A stretch of DNA of 64,000 nucleotides from positions 3,590 through 67,589 of the IMG/VR virus record IMGVR_UViG_3300037153_000221; one strand, written 5' to 3'. Numbering within the stretch: the stretch's first letter is position 1; each line of letters begins with the position of its first letter. Positions 48,139-57,513 of the stretch are shown piece by piece. The notes beneath the pieces are model-generated. The model was not told where the DNA came from. It ran no database searches and saw nothing but the letters and a program-made list of their open reading frames with translations. The DNA comes from a virus. The position numbers were made by a program, and so were the translations under genes.

Positions 48139-48885
48139 GTGCGACGTGTCGTTGTAGCCGGTGCCGTTAGCGCCGGACTGGTGTTGACCTTTGTGTCGGC
48201 ACTACCAGCAGTGACGGGGGCCAACCAGGAGCCACCGCCCAAGCATCACCATCACAAGCACCACAAGCACCACAAGAAGCACAAGGTGACGGTCTGCCAC
48301 AAGGGCATGACGATCATGGTGGACAAGAGTGCGCTCCAGGCGCACCTAAACCACGGTGACCACATCGGTCCGTGTCCGCATCCCACGCCGACGCCGACTC
48401 CCACGCCGACGCCGACGCCCACGCCGACGCCGACGCCGACCGCGACACCGACGCCGACCGCGACACCAACGCCCACGCCGGTCGCCGGGCCACCCGGCCC
48501 TCCCGGTCCTCCTGGACCTCCTGGCCCTCCCGGTCCCGCTGGACCCCCTGGCCCTCCTGGGCCTGCCGGTGAGACCCGCTGCCCGAAGGGGTCGGTCCGT
48601 CTGACCAAGTGGCGCTTGGTCGTCAGGCGTGGCCATCGCGTGACGAGCTTCAAGGCGACGTTCAACGGCGAGAAGGCGAAGGTCACCCGCACGCACACCA
48701 AGGGCGGGCGGCGGATGTTCGTCGTGCGCATCGACATGCGTGGACTGAAGTTCGGCGTTTACAACGCACGGGTCCGGTACCGCCTGGCCGGTGACCACCG
48801 GAAGTTCCCGCGCAGCAAGGTCCACCTCTACCGCGCGTGTGGTGGCAAAGACTCGATGAACGCGAAGTCGATCATCACGCTGTGA
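48139..48885 (+). CDS. Secreted protein with His-rich, (PT)n and collagen segments and the same basic C-terminal domain as 45263..46708
   Basis: Signal peptide; 'VCHKG...HLNHGD..GPC'; (PT)n; (GPP)n; 'IDMRGL...LYRAC'. Confidence 0.75.
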   Translation: MRRVVVAGAVSAGLVLTFVSALPAVTGANQEPPPKHHHHKHHKHHKKHKVTVCHKGMTIMVDKSALQAHLNHGDHIGPCPHPTPTPTPTPTPTPTPTPTPTATPTPTATPTPTPVAGPPGPPGPPGPPGPPGPAGPPGPPGPAGETRCPKGSVRLTKWRLVVRRGHRVTSFKATFNGEKAKVTRTHTKGGRRMFVVRIDMRGLKFGVYNARVRYRLAGDHRKFPRSKVHLYRACGGKDSMNAKSIITL

Positions 48886-51389
48886 AGCTCGACGCCGAGG
48901 AAGCGGAGAGGGCGGCTCGCGTGATCGAGGAGATGTTCGCGGACATCGAAGATCTGCGCGAGTTCGCCCGCCATCATGACGCCGAGCACCTTGGCACGCG
49001 GACGCGGGAGAGCCACGCGCGTGTCACCTTGTTCAACCTCATGAGCTACGCGACTGACGGCGACCTGTACGGCGAGGACGATGTGGAGGAGGCAGATGGA
49101 AGCGACAGTGTTCACCGACCCGGAGACCTCCGAGCCGAAGATCCTGACGAACGGGGAGAAGCTGGACCTTGAGGTGCCGGTGGGTCTGGGGTGGGCGGAC
49201 TATCACATCGTCAGCCAGTACAGCTTGGAGGCGGCGGTGGCCGCGCTGCAACACATAAAGCGCAACTCCCGTTGTCACATGGCCCGCGTCGTGGCCCAGG
49301 AAACGCTTAGGGTCATAGGTCTTACCGGAGACCTTCCGACCGATCCAGACGGGATGCCGGAACAGGTCAAGCTCGTGGGAACCGCCGACAATGCGATGTT
49401 GGTGGACAACTACTACAGACCGTGACCGGAAAACGCGGGAAAAGCGTGCTGGAAGTCTGGACCCGCGTGTGAAAGGCTGGACCGATGTGGAGAATCACTG
49501 GCATCATCGAGTCGTACGCCCCAGGGGAGATCCTGCTGGCGCTCGTGGCCGGTGTCGGGACGTTCCTCGGCGGCGTGCAGTTCATCGTGGCCTTCGTGGT
49601 CGGGGTGAGCGTCGCTGGGCTGGCAAGGAAGCTCGACAGCTTCGGTCTTGGCGGGTGAAGTGCAACGCGCCGCTCCGGCGCTTCCAGACACGGTTCGGTG
49701 CTCCGTTTGTAGCGGAGCACCGCCCCGTGTGGTGGGATGCCCTAATGGTGGAGGTGTGGACAGCCGTGGCTGAAGACCCAGGCTACGAACCGCCGCAGTC
49801 CGACCAGTGTCCAGTGCCGCTCCAGCGGTTCCTGTACCTGCTCATGCGCGACTTCATCCCGCCCGGCTACGTAGAGAGCCTGATGATGCAGTCCACGAAC
49901 GAGACCGCCGCCAAGATCGCGGGCTTCACCAACAAAGATCTGGCGAGCTACGCGGAGAAGCTGGGTCGCCAACTGACGTACGTACCGCCCGCCTGAAGTT
50001 TGCAGGTAGGCGGTCGGCGGATACACTGCAACTGTCCAACGACCCCAAGGGGGAAGCATGTCGGAAGACCCGCAGGACCAGCAGGAGCCGCAGGACGCTC
50101 CGGAGGCCGGGAGCCAGGAGCCGGACGAGGCTGACAGCGGCGTCCAGCCCATCGAAGGTGACCAGGGCGAGTACGTCGAGCAGGACCCGATGGCCGCTGG
50201 CGGGGGCCAGGGCTTCGACCCGGACCGTCCCGTCCGCACGTCGGCGCCGACCGCCGACCAGCAGTCCGGCGTCCCGCAGCCCACGGACGGCTCCAACGAG
50301 GGGGTCGAGCCGAACGAGGAGATGCGCGGGCCAGTCGAGCCGGGCAGCGGCAGCGAGGAGGAGGAGTCCGAGGAGGGCGGTGACGGCGAGGGCGAGCAGC
50401 CGCAGCAGTAACCGGCGAACTGCCGTCGGAACTTAGAGGCCCGCTGTCCACTTGGCAGCGGGCCTCACGCTTGAAACGAGCGGGGAGGGGAAAGCATGAA
50501 TGAATGGATAGGTCTTCTAGTCGCAGTGCTCATCGCGGTGCTGATCTGGTACCTCGTGCCGTCGCCCATCGGCCTAATCATCGCCCTGGCGATCCTGCTG
50601 CTGGTGCTGCTCGCGGCGTTCGGCGGGGTGCGGCGCAGGCCATAGCCGGGCGGCACGTCTTCGGCTATTTGCGGAAGCTGGGCGGGCGCGAAGGGCGCCG
50701 GGTGTAGTATGCTGCTACGCCATGGCCGAGGCGTGGTTCCGCCAACTTGACAATCAGCGCGTTGAGATCTTCCTGAAGGTCGAGCGCCGGAACGGCGAGG
50801 ACTACAAGCTCCGGGCGAGTGGGCCGGAGGAAGACATGTTCGAGCTTGTCACCTGGTTCGAGGAGCGGACCGGCGTGCGAGTGGACAGTCCGAACTGGCG
50901 CCGCGTGCGCAAGGGTCCACGAGTCGATCCAAGCCAGACGACCTTCGAGATCGAGGCGACGCCAAGTGGCTAGCTGTACAGACTGCGGGGCCGATATCGT
51001 CCACGCCAAAACGAGGGACGGCGAGAACGTCCCCCTGGAGAAGTTCACCGAGCCGACTGGAGTCGGCCGGTACAGGATCGTGGAGCTAGGCCCTCCACTG
51101 ATCGTGGAGATGGTGCCGGAAGCGGGGGGCATCGACGCCTACCCGGACCATCGACTGGACTGTCCGGGGCATCTCAATGGCTCTCCCAACCGACGATGAC
51201 GTGAGAGAACGCCTGCGGTCACTCGGCGAGCGGCGTGCGCGGCTAACTGAGGACGAGAGTTCGCTCGCAGTGGAGATCTCGGACGCCCTGCGTGATGCCG
51301 AAGGGCTGATCCCCCGCGCTGAGGCTGCGCGGCTGATCGGCGTCCACCGGACCACCCTGTACCGCGTCTACCTGAACGGCAATGGCTGA
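48882..51389 (+). CDS. Small accessory genes (48882..49172; 49096..49425; 49485..49658 TM; 49766..49996; 50058..50411 acidic, disordered; 50496..50645 TM; 50722..50973; 50966..51199 Zn; 51177..51389 HTH)
   Basis: Coding-like ORFs; 'RAEAARLIGVHRTTLYR' HTH in the last. Confidence 0.5.
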
Positions 51390-51744
51390 CGAGGGCATCA
51401 AGATCCGCAGGGAGTACATCGAGGCGAGCCTGCGCAACGAGGACTTACTGGGCCGTAAGCAACTGCGGCGCCTGGGGTATCCGGCGCTGGGGTCCATCCT
51501 GGCGATGACCGGCGTCGAGCGCATCCCGGACGAATACTGGGCGCTTGACGTGGACGAGGACGGCTACAGCGTGGCCATCGTGTCGTGCCCCTGCGGCATT
51601 ACACCTCGCATCGCGGCCGGTCTGGTCATCGTCCCGTGTTAAGATCTGGAGGACCGCGAGGAGCCAGAGCGCTGTCAGCGGGCATACTCCTTCACCGGCA
51701 GCGCCGTGTTCGTCTTCAACTCCCCGAAGCGATCCGAAGCATAA
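51382..51744 (+). pseudogene. Zinc-ribbon gene interrupted by an in-frame TAA
   Basis: CPCG...PC-TAA(51640-51642)-DLEDREEPERCQRAYSF... continues in frame to 51744. Confidence 0.45.
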
Positions 51745-51803
51745 GATTGGACGATAGTTTTGGGATCTGACCGGGTATGGTGTAGCATGGAGAGACACCG
51801 CAC

Positions 51804-52091
51804 ATGCACACCAATCCACCCACCTCGCGTGACACCATCATCGCCCTCCGGGTGATCGCCCGCGAGCTTGGCGTGGACTGCGCCTGGGCGCACGCGGACT
51901 CGTTCGTCTTCGAGATCGGCGGCGGCTGGCTGCTCCGGGTTCGCCCGGACGATGCGGCGCGGTTCCGGCTTTCGGCTTGCTACGGCAGCACGGAGATCTG
52001 TAGGCTGTGGTCTCTTGCACGAGATCTGGGGCGCCTGGCGGCGCTGGCCCGTGATCTCCGAGCCGAAGTCGCGGCGCAGACCGCCGCCTAA
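51804..52091 (+). CDS. Hypothetical protein
   Basis: GGAGA RBS; TAGCAT -10 upstream. Confidence 0.5.
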   Translation: MHTNPPTSRDTIIALRVIARELGVDCAWAHADSFVFEIGGGWLLRVRPDDAARFRLSACYGSTEICRLWSLARDLGRLAALARDLRAEVAAQTAA

Positions 52092-52150
52092 CAGAAGGGG
52101 ATGATGCTGGTGCTGGGCCGTAGGGCGAACTCGTCTGGGATCTGACGGCC

Positions 52151-52831
52151 GTGGCGTACGCCAACGGCCGCATCCCCGCCTCTGCGCTCGTCGGCATCCC
52201 CGGCAACGGCCGTCTTCTCCGAACTCCAGGTCTGAGCTATATCGCCATGGCCGACCGCGCCAAGAAGGACGGCGTGGATATGGCCATCTGGGAGTCCTCG
52301 ATGCGCCGGACCTACCGCGAGTACGCGGCGCAGTTGATGGCGCGCAACTACTGGTGCTCGCGCGGCAACTGCGGCAACGCGGCCGTCCCCGGCACGTCCA
52401 ACCACGGCTGGGGGCTGGCCGTGGACCTGATGTCGATGACGCAGCGCAACTGGGTGGACCGGCACGGCTCCTTCTACGGCTGGGCGAAGAAGTGGAGCGA
52501 CGCGGCCTGGGAGTGGTGGCACCTCAAGTACCGTGCGGGCGTGTACAACCCGCCGCCGCCCGGTCCGCGCACGCTGTACAGGGGCTGTCGTCCAGGCAAC
52601 GACGTGAAGTACCTGATGTGGATGCTCCAGGTCATCCCCCTGCGGCATCCCACCAAGCGCAAGAAGCGCTACTTCAAGCGCTCGTGGAAGCGACACCGCG
52701 TGTACGGGCCGCGTGTTGCCGCGTCGGTTCGGCAGTTCCAACGTGACCACGGACTGAAGGCCGATGGTGTCTGCGGCCCGGTGACGTGGAAGAAGATCAA
52801 GGCGGCGTACAAGCGCCACCACAAGAGTTGA
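52151..52831 (+). CDS. Endolysin: M15 (VanY-like) zinc peptidase + peptidoglycan-binding domain
   Basis: 'NGRIP', 'AAVPGTSNHGWGLAVD', 'EWWH'; 'VRQFQRDHGLKADGVCGPVTW'. Confidence 0.9.
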   Translation: MAYANGRIPASALVGIPGNGRLLRTPGLSYIAMADRAKKDGVDMAIWESSMRRTYREYAAQLMARNYWCSRGNCGNAAVPGTSNHGWGLAVDLMSMTQRNWVDRHGSFYGWAKKWSDAAWEWWHLKYRAGVYNPPPPGPRTLYRGCRPGNDVKYLMWMLQVIPLRHPTKRKKRYFKRSWKRHRVYGPRVAASVRQFQRDHGLKADGVCGPVTWKKIKAAYKRHHKS

Positions 52832-52841
52832 GGAGGTAGAC

Positions 52842-53294
52842 ATGAGCATGGAAGACCCGGCGCTCCCGCCCGAAACCGATCAACCTCCGGACCGTAGTCA
52901 GGAGCTAGTGGACTACGCCTTGGACTGGATGCAGTCCTCGGCGATCAAGGTCATCGGCGCCAAGCTCCTGCCGCTGATCCTCGGCTCCGGCGCGCTCGCC
53001 ACCGGCCTGGCCTGGCTCCAGGACGCCATCGGCATCGACCTCAGTCCAGCCGCCGTGACCGGCCTGATCGGCACGATCATCGCGGGCGCCGTCGTCATGG
53101 CGTTCGCGTACGTGCGCAACCACGGGCGCGGCGCGGCGCAACTGGGCACGGCCCTGGTCGAGCTTCAGAAGTTGCGCGAGGCCGGGCAGCAATACTTCGA
53201 TCCGTCCACCACGAGCATCCCGGAGCCGGGCGAGGGCTACCGTGAACCTTCGGTGCCTCCGGGGATCGCAGGGCCGGGCGTGAACAAGCCGTGA
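52842..53294 (+). CDS. Holin
   Basis: Two TM segments; lies between two lysin-like genes. Confidence 0.65.
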   Translation: MSMEDPALPPETDQPPDRSQELVDYALDWMQSSAIKVIGAKLLPLILGSGALATGLAWLQDAIGIDLSPAAVTGLIGTIIAGAVVMAFAYVRNHGRGAAQLGTALVELQKLREAGQQYFDPSTTSIPEPGEGYREPSVPPGIAGPGVNKP

Positions 53295-54040
53295 GCCTGC
53301 CGTCCACGCCGAACCGGGCCATCCCGTACGTCATCAAAGAAGGTGACAGCGGCTGGCCCGTGTACGGACTACAGCGGATGCTCAATGGCCATGGCGTCAA
53401 GATCGCATCCGATGGCGACTTCGGTCCAGCCACCGAGAAGAAGACCAAGGAGGCGCAGAAGCGCCTGAAGCTCACGCAGGACGGCATAGCCGGTCCCAAG
53501 ACGCAGGCCAGCCTCTGCGTCGAACTCGCCAACGAGACCACGATCCACGGCCTGCCGGTCGGACTCTCGCGGTCGGTTATGGAGGGCGAGTCGGGCTACT
53601 TCCTCGGCGCCGTCAACTGGAGCGTCATCGGGGGTGTGGACTGCGGCGTCGTGCAGCAGCGCGTGCTGGGGCCGGTCTTCAGCCCGACGATCATGATGGA
53701 CGCCTTCGACCCCAACAAGTCACTTGTCAGGTCGATGCACCTGCTGGACGAGCGCGCCGAGACCTACTTCGACCGGCCGGGTGTCGTCAGGCGTCAGGAC
53801 CGGCTGGAGTACAGCATCCGCCTCGGCCTGCTCGCGCACAACTGGCCGTGGGCCGCACAGCAACTGGCGGACGGCCACCCGCTCTCCACGACCAAGGAGG
53901 CGACGTGGGTTCCGGCCGGACTAAAGTTCCCGGACGGCACCCCCGTGCACTCGTACGCGGACTGGTCGCAGTTCTACGCCATGGGCGGTCCGCACGGCGA
54001 GGCCAAGATGACCAGGTATGTCAGGACGTGGCCGAAGTGA
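53291..54040 (+). CDS. Second lysin-like protein (PG-binding + putative lysozyme-fold domain)
   Basis: 'GDSG..V..LQ..L...DGDFGPATE...DGIAGPKT'; 'MEGESG', 'DCGVVQ'. Confidence 0.7.
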   Translation: MSLPSTPNRAIPYVIKEGDSGWPVYGLQRMLNGHGVKIASDGDFGPATEKKTKEAQKRLKLTQDGIAGPKTQASLCVELANETTIHGLPVGLSRSVMEGESGYFLGAVNWSVIGGVDCGVVQQRVLGPVFSPTIMMDAFDPNKSLVRSMHLLDERAETYFDRPGVVRRQDRLEYSIRLGLLAHNWPWAAQQLADGHPLSTTKEATWVPAGLKFPDGTPVHSYADWSQFYAMGGPHGEAKMTRYVRTWPK

Positions 54041-54483
54041 ACGGCTCACAATGCAACTGGCACCTGGACAGCCTGGACGTTCCGGAGGCGAGTGATCCCA
54101 TGGCCGAGATCGCCGAACTGAAGTCCAACGCCAAGGTCATCGACCTGTCCGGCGACCGCGCCGAACTGACGGCGCGCTTCAACAAGACGATGGAGAAGGA
54201 AGCGGGCTACTCGTACTACTCGAACCTGGAGTGCCACCTGAAGTGGACGCAGCCGGGTCCGAAGTACGCGAACGACCGCAACCCCTGCTACGACTGCCCG
54301 TACTACACCGAGGACCACTTCAACGAAGCGCGCGCCCTGCTGTGCGCCCTCGGCCGCGAGCAGAACGACCTCCTGGACGCGATGTACGCGCTGGACGCGC
54401 TCGCGGCGCTCGACGCCGAGCTAGCGCGCGTACACGACGCCGAGATCGGCGCGTCCGTCGAACTCGCCGCCGCCCTGCTGTAA
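54037..54483 (+). CDS. Hypothetical Cys-containing protein
   Basis: GTGA-coupled. Confidence 0.5.
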   Translation: MNGSQCNWHLDSLDVPEASDPMAEIAELKSNAKVIDLSGDRAELTARFNKTMEKEAGYSYYSNLECHLKWTQPGPKYANDRNPCYDCPYYTEDHFNEARALLCALGREQNDLLDAMYALDALAALDAELARVHDAEIGASVELAAALL

Positions 54484-54492
54484 GGGGCGGCG

Positions 54493-54948
54493 GTGTCGGA
54501 CCCCAAGCCCTTCACCTCGCACAAGGCGGCGACCGTCTTCCTGCGCGTGCCGCACACCGACTGGGCGGCGATCAAGCGCGGCTCGAAGACGGAGTTCCGC
54601 ACGCACGGCCTGGGATATCCGGCGCTGTTCAACGTCAAGACGCCAACTGCCGTCGTGGCCTACGTGATGCGCGGCAAGCCGCCGCGCTACGAGCACTGCA
54701 TGTTGGTGCTGGAGGAGACCTTCAGGGAGCCGCTGGGCGCCATCTCGCCCGAATCGCTGGCGCGCGAGGGCTTCCCGGACATCGCGCACTTCCGGCGCTA
54801 CTGGATGGGCCGCACCAAGCTGCGCTTCCGGCCGCTGTCGGAGGTGCAGGCGTATCGTGTGCGACCATACCGACAGGGCGACACCGCGATGCTGGGTCTC
54901 GTCCTGATGGAGCGCCTGTACGGGGACTACTTCAATGGAAAGCGCTGA
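54493..54948 (+). CDS. ASCH/PUA-like domain protein
   Basis: 'AIKRGSKTEFR...I..E...REGF...F..YW'. Confidence 0.7.
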   Translation: MSDPKPFTSHKAATVFLRVPHTDWAAIKRGSKTEFRTHGLGYPALFNVKTPTAVVAYVMRGKPPRYEHCMLVLEETFREPLGAISPESLAREGFPDIAHFRRYWMGRTKLRFRPLSEVQAYRVRPYRQGDTAMLGLVLMERLYGDYFNGKR

Positions 54949-55446
54949 AGTCTCGATCTACGACGCGATGGTCATGCTGCTCAACGCTGGGCGGCTACCG
55001 ATCTTCCTGATATCGCCGGACGGCGAGGAGTGGATCATGCGCTACTACTACATGAAGCCGGAGTGTCCACTGATCCCCAACGACTACGGCGAGGAGCAGG
55101 GCGACTCCGTGGAGCGCGAGCGCATCCTGGTCGAGATCGTGTATTGGACCGGACTTGACATATGGTCGAGTGTGTAGAAAGGAGGTGAAAGATGGTTACC
55201 GCCAGGTTCAGGGTCACGCGCGTCACTCCCCAAGGCTGCACGCAGGAGGAGATCGACTCAGGCGAGAAGCAGCCGTACGCCTACGAAGTCGAGATGACGC
55301 CCGACTATGCCGGTGGACGCAACAAGCAGTGGTCTGAGGCCACGCCGCAGGGCGTCTTCCGGATGCTCATTACGAACCTCGCCGCAGTCGAGGCGTTGCC
55401 GCTGGGATCGCACCAGCACATCACGCTGGAGACAGTGGACGAGTAG
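54935..55446 (+). CDS. Two small hypothetical genes (54935..55177; 55192..55446)
   Basis: 55192 has an AAAGGAGG RBS and 'NKQWSEATPQG...ITN'. Confidence 0.55.
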
Positions 55447-55466
55447 CGGTACGGCTGAGGATAAGG

Positions 55467-55892
55467 GTGTCCGGACCCAGCCAGACCGTCTACACCACCA
55501 TGAGCACTCCGATCATCGCCAACAAGGCCAGCTTCCACGAGGAGGCGCGCTACCAGATGTGCTGCGCCGTCTGCGGCACGACCAAGGGCTTCAACGCGCA
55601 CCACGTCCTCTACGCGCAGATCCTGGAGCGCGAGTATGGGCTGACTGGAAACGCGCTGTACGACACGCGCAACGCGCTGCGGATCTGCACCGAGAACGGC
55701 AACAACTGCCACTCGCGCCACCACCACGCCGTCCGCAAGATCATGACCGTCGAACTGACGGACGAGAACGTCGCGTACGTGTTCGAGGTGATGGGCCTGT
55801 ACGGCGCCGACTGGCTTCGCCGGTACTACGACGACGACGTGCAGGACAGCCGGATCGTCAAACTGGAGTCCGAACTTAGGGTGGCGGCATGA
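55467..55892 (+). CDS. HNH endonuclease (terminase-associated)
   Basis: CAVCG...HH...N...C....CH..HH; upstream of the terminase genes. Confidence 0.75.
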   Translation: MSGPSQTVYTTMSTPIIANKASFHEEARYQMCCAVCGTTKGFNAHHVLYAQILEREYGLTGNALYDTRNALRICTENGNNCHSRHHHAVRKIMTVELTDENVAYVFEVMGLYGADWLRRYYDDDVQDSRIVKLESELRVAA

Positions 55893-56004
55893 ATCCCCCT
55901 TACGACGGAAAGCTGTTCACGGTGGACCTGATCCTCAAGCTCCTCGGCATCGAGATCAAGGTCGTTGGCACCATCGAGATGCTGGACATCAGGCGGGAAC
56001 TGAC

Positions 56005-56676
56005 GTGAGCGCGCTCCTGCCGCCCACGCCGTTCAACAACTTCGAGGTGGAGATGCCTGCGGGCGGGAAGATGTACCTCCAGTCCGACGAGGAGGTGGAG
56101 TTGTGGGACAAGACGATGGAGCGGTACATGGACGACTACCACCTCACGAACATCAACGACCTACACCTCCTGGGCGCGATCCTCCAGCAGCAAGTCCTGC
56201 TGTTCCGCTCGCAGCGGATGCTCAACGGCATGGAGGCCGAGCTAGACAACGCAGGCGTGCCGACCGGCCGCTACATCCAGCACAAGCTCGACGCCGAGCA
56301 GACGGTCGCGGCGCAGAAGCTCATGAACACGGCCACCACCCAGATCACGTCGCTGGAGCGCACGCTGGGCTTGACAAAGGAGCAGCGAGAGGCTGGCGGA
56401 CAGGTGTCGGTGCCGAACTACATTCGGACGCTAAAGCGCGCGGCGCACGCGCGGGGCATCCACATCTCGAAGCGTGTAATCGCGTATGAGAAGTTCGTCC
56501 AGGACTTCTCGTGGCGGCTGCGTGTCCTCCAGAACGCCGACGCGGAGGACCGGGCATACCATGACCTCTCCCCGGAGAAGCTGTGCGACTGGGCGCGGGA
56601 TCAGATCGCGGAGCTAGCCGAGGTGGACAGGAAGTTCGCGCGTGAGATCGGTGCGCTCTACGTTGGAAAGCTCTGA
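56005..56676 (+). CDS. Terminase small subunit (probable)
   Basis: Helical; 'LGLT..QR'; positioned between HNH and TerL. Confidence 0.55.
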   Translation: MSALLPPTPFNNFEVEMPAGGKMYLQSDEEVELWDKTMERYMDDYHLTNINDLHLLGAILQQQVLLFRSQRMLNGMEAELDNAGVPTGRYIQHKLDAEQTVAAQKLMNTATTQITSLERTLGLTKEQREAGGQVSVPNYIRTLKRAAHARGIHISKRVIAYEKFVQDFSWRLRVLQNADAEDRAYHDLSPEKLCDWARDQIAELAEVDRKFAREIGALYVGKL

Positions 56677-56924
56677 GAAGGCCGATCTGTACCTGGTCCT
56701 ATGGCGAGCCTGGGGTATCAACAGTTTCGCAGCGAGCAACATGTTCGCTCGCGGGCAAGTGTCCATCGACGGCTTCGTCGTGCCGCATCCGTGGGCGCGC
56801 AACCACTGGACCAAGCAGCAGTTGTACGGCCGGATGCTGACGTGTATGCGCGGACAGGTGAGGCTGTACGGATCGGCCATCGACCGGACGTGCGTAGTGG
56901 TCAACGAGCAACTGGAGTTACGCC

Positions 56925-57134
56925 GTGAGCCTCACTCCGCACGAGCGCGAGTTCATGGAACGCTTCGCCTCGCTGCCGAACCCACTCGGTTGGAAGCCAG
57001 CGGGTCGTGACGAGGACGGCGTGGCGCAGATGCAGTGCGTCACGCACGGCCAGGGCACCATGACCGTCACGATCATGAAGATCACGGAGAAGGGGCTGGT
57101 GTACAGCCACCGGAGGTACATCTACGATGGCTAA
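56925..57134 (+). CDS. Hypothetical protein
   Basis: GGAG RBS; coding-like. Confidence 0.45.
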   Translation: MSLTPHEREFMERFASLPNPLGWKPAGRDEDGVAQMQCVTHGQGTMTVTIMKITEKGLVYSHRRYIYDG

Positions 57135-57513
57135 GCTGTGCGAGTGCGGCTGTGGACGGCCGACAAAGCCCGCAACGCAGACTCGGCGCCGCGACGGCGT
57201 GGTCAAGGGCGAGCCGCAGCGCTTTGTGAAGGGTCACGCCCGTCGCGTTGGACGGCCCCCGGTTCGACGTGGCGACGGCTGCCTGATCTGGCAGGGCAGG
57301 CCATCAGCACAGGGTTATGGACGGACTGTAGTTGACGGCAAGACCATCCCGGCGCATGTCGCGGTATGGGTGGAGGCGAACGGTCCGGTTCCCGAGGACC
57401 ACGAGATCGACCACACCTGTTTCGAGCGCATGTGTGTAGAGTTGACGCATCTGGAGTGTGTGACGCGAGCGGAGAACCGCAGGCGTGCAGCGCTGAGGAG
57501 ATGGCATGGCTAA
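57127..57513 (+). CDS. HNH homing endonuclease-like protein
   Basis: 'CECGCG' N-terminus; 'CLIWQG...GYG...AH...IDH.C..R.CV...HLE.VT..EN'. Confidence 0.85.
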   Translation: MAKLCECGCGRPTKPATQTRRRDGVVKGEPQRFVKGHARRVGRPPVRRGDGCLIWQGRPSAQGYGRTVVDGKTIPAHVAVWVEANGPVPEDHEIDHTCFERMCVELTHLECVTRAENRRRAALRRWHG

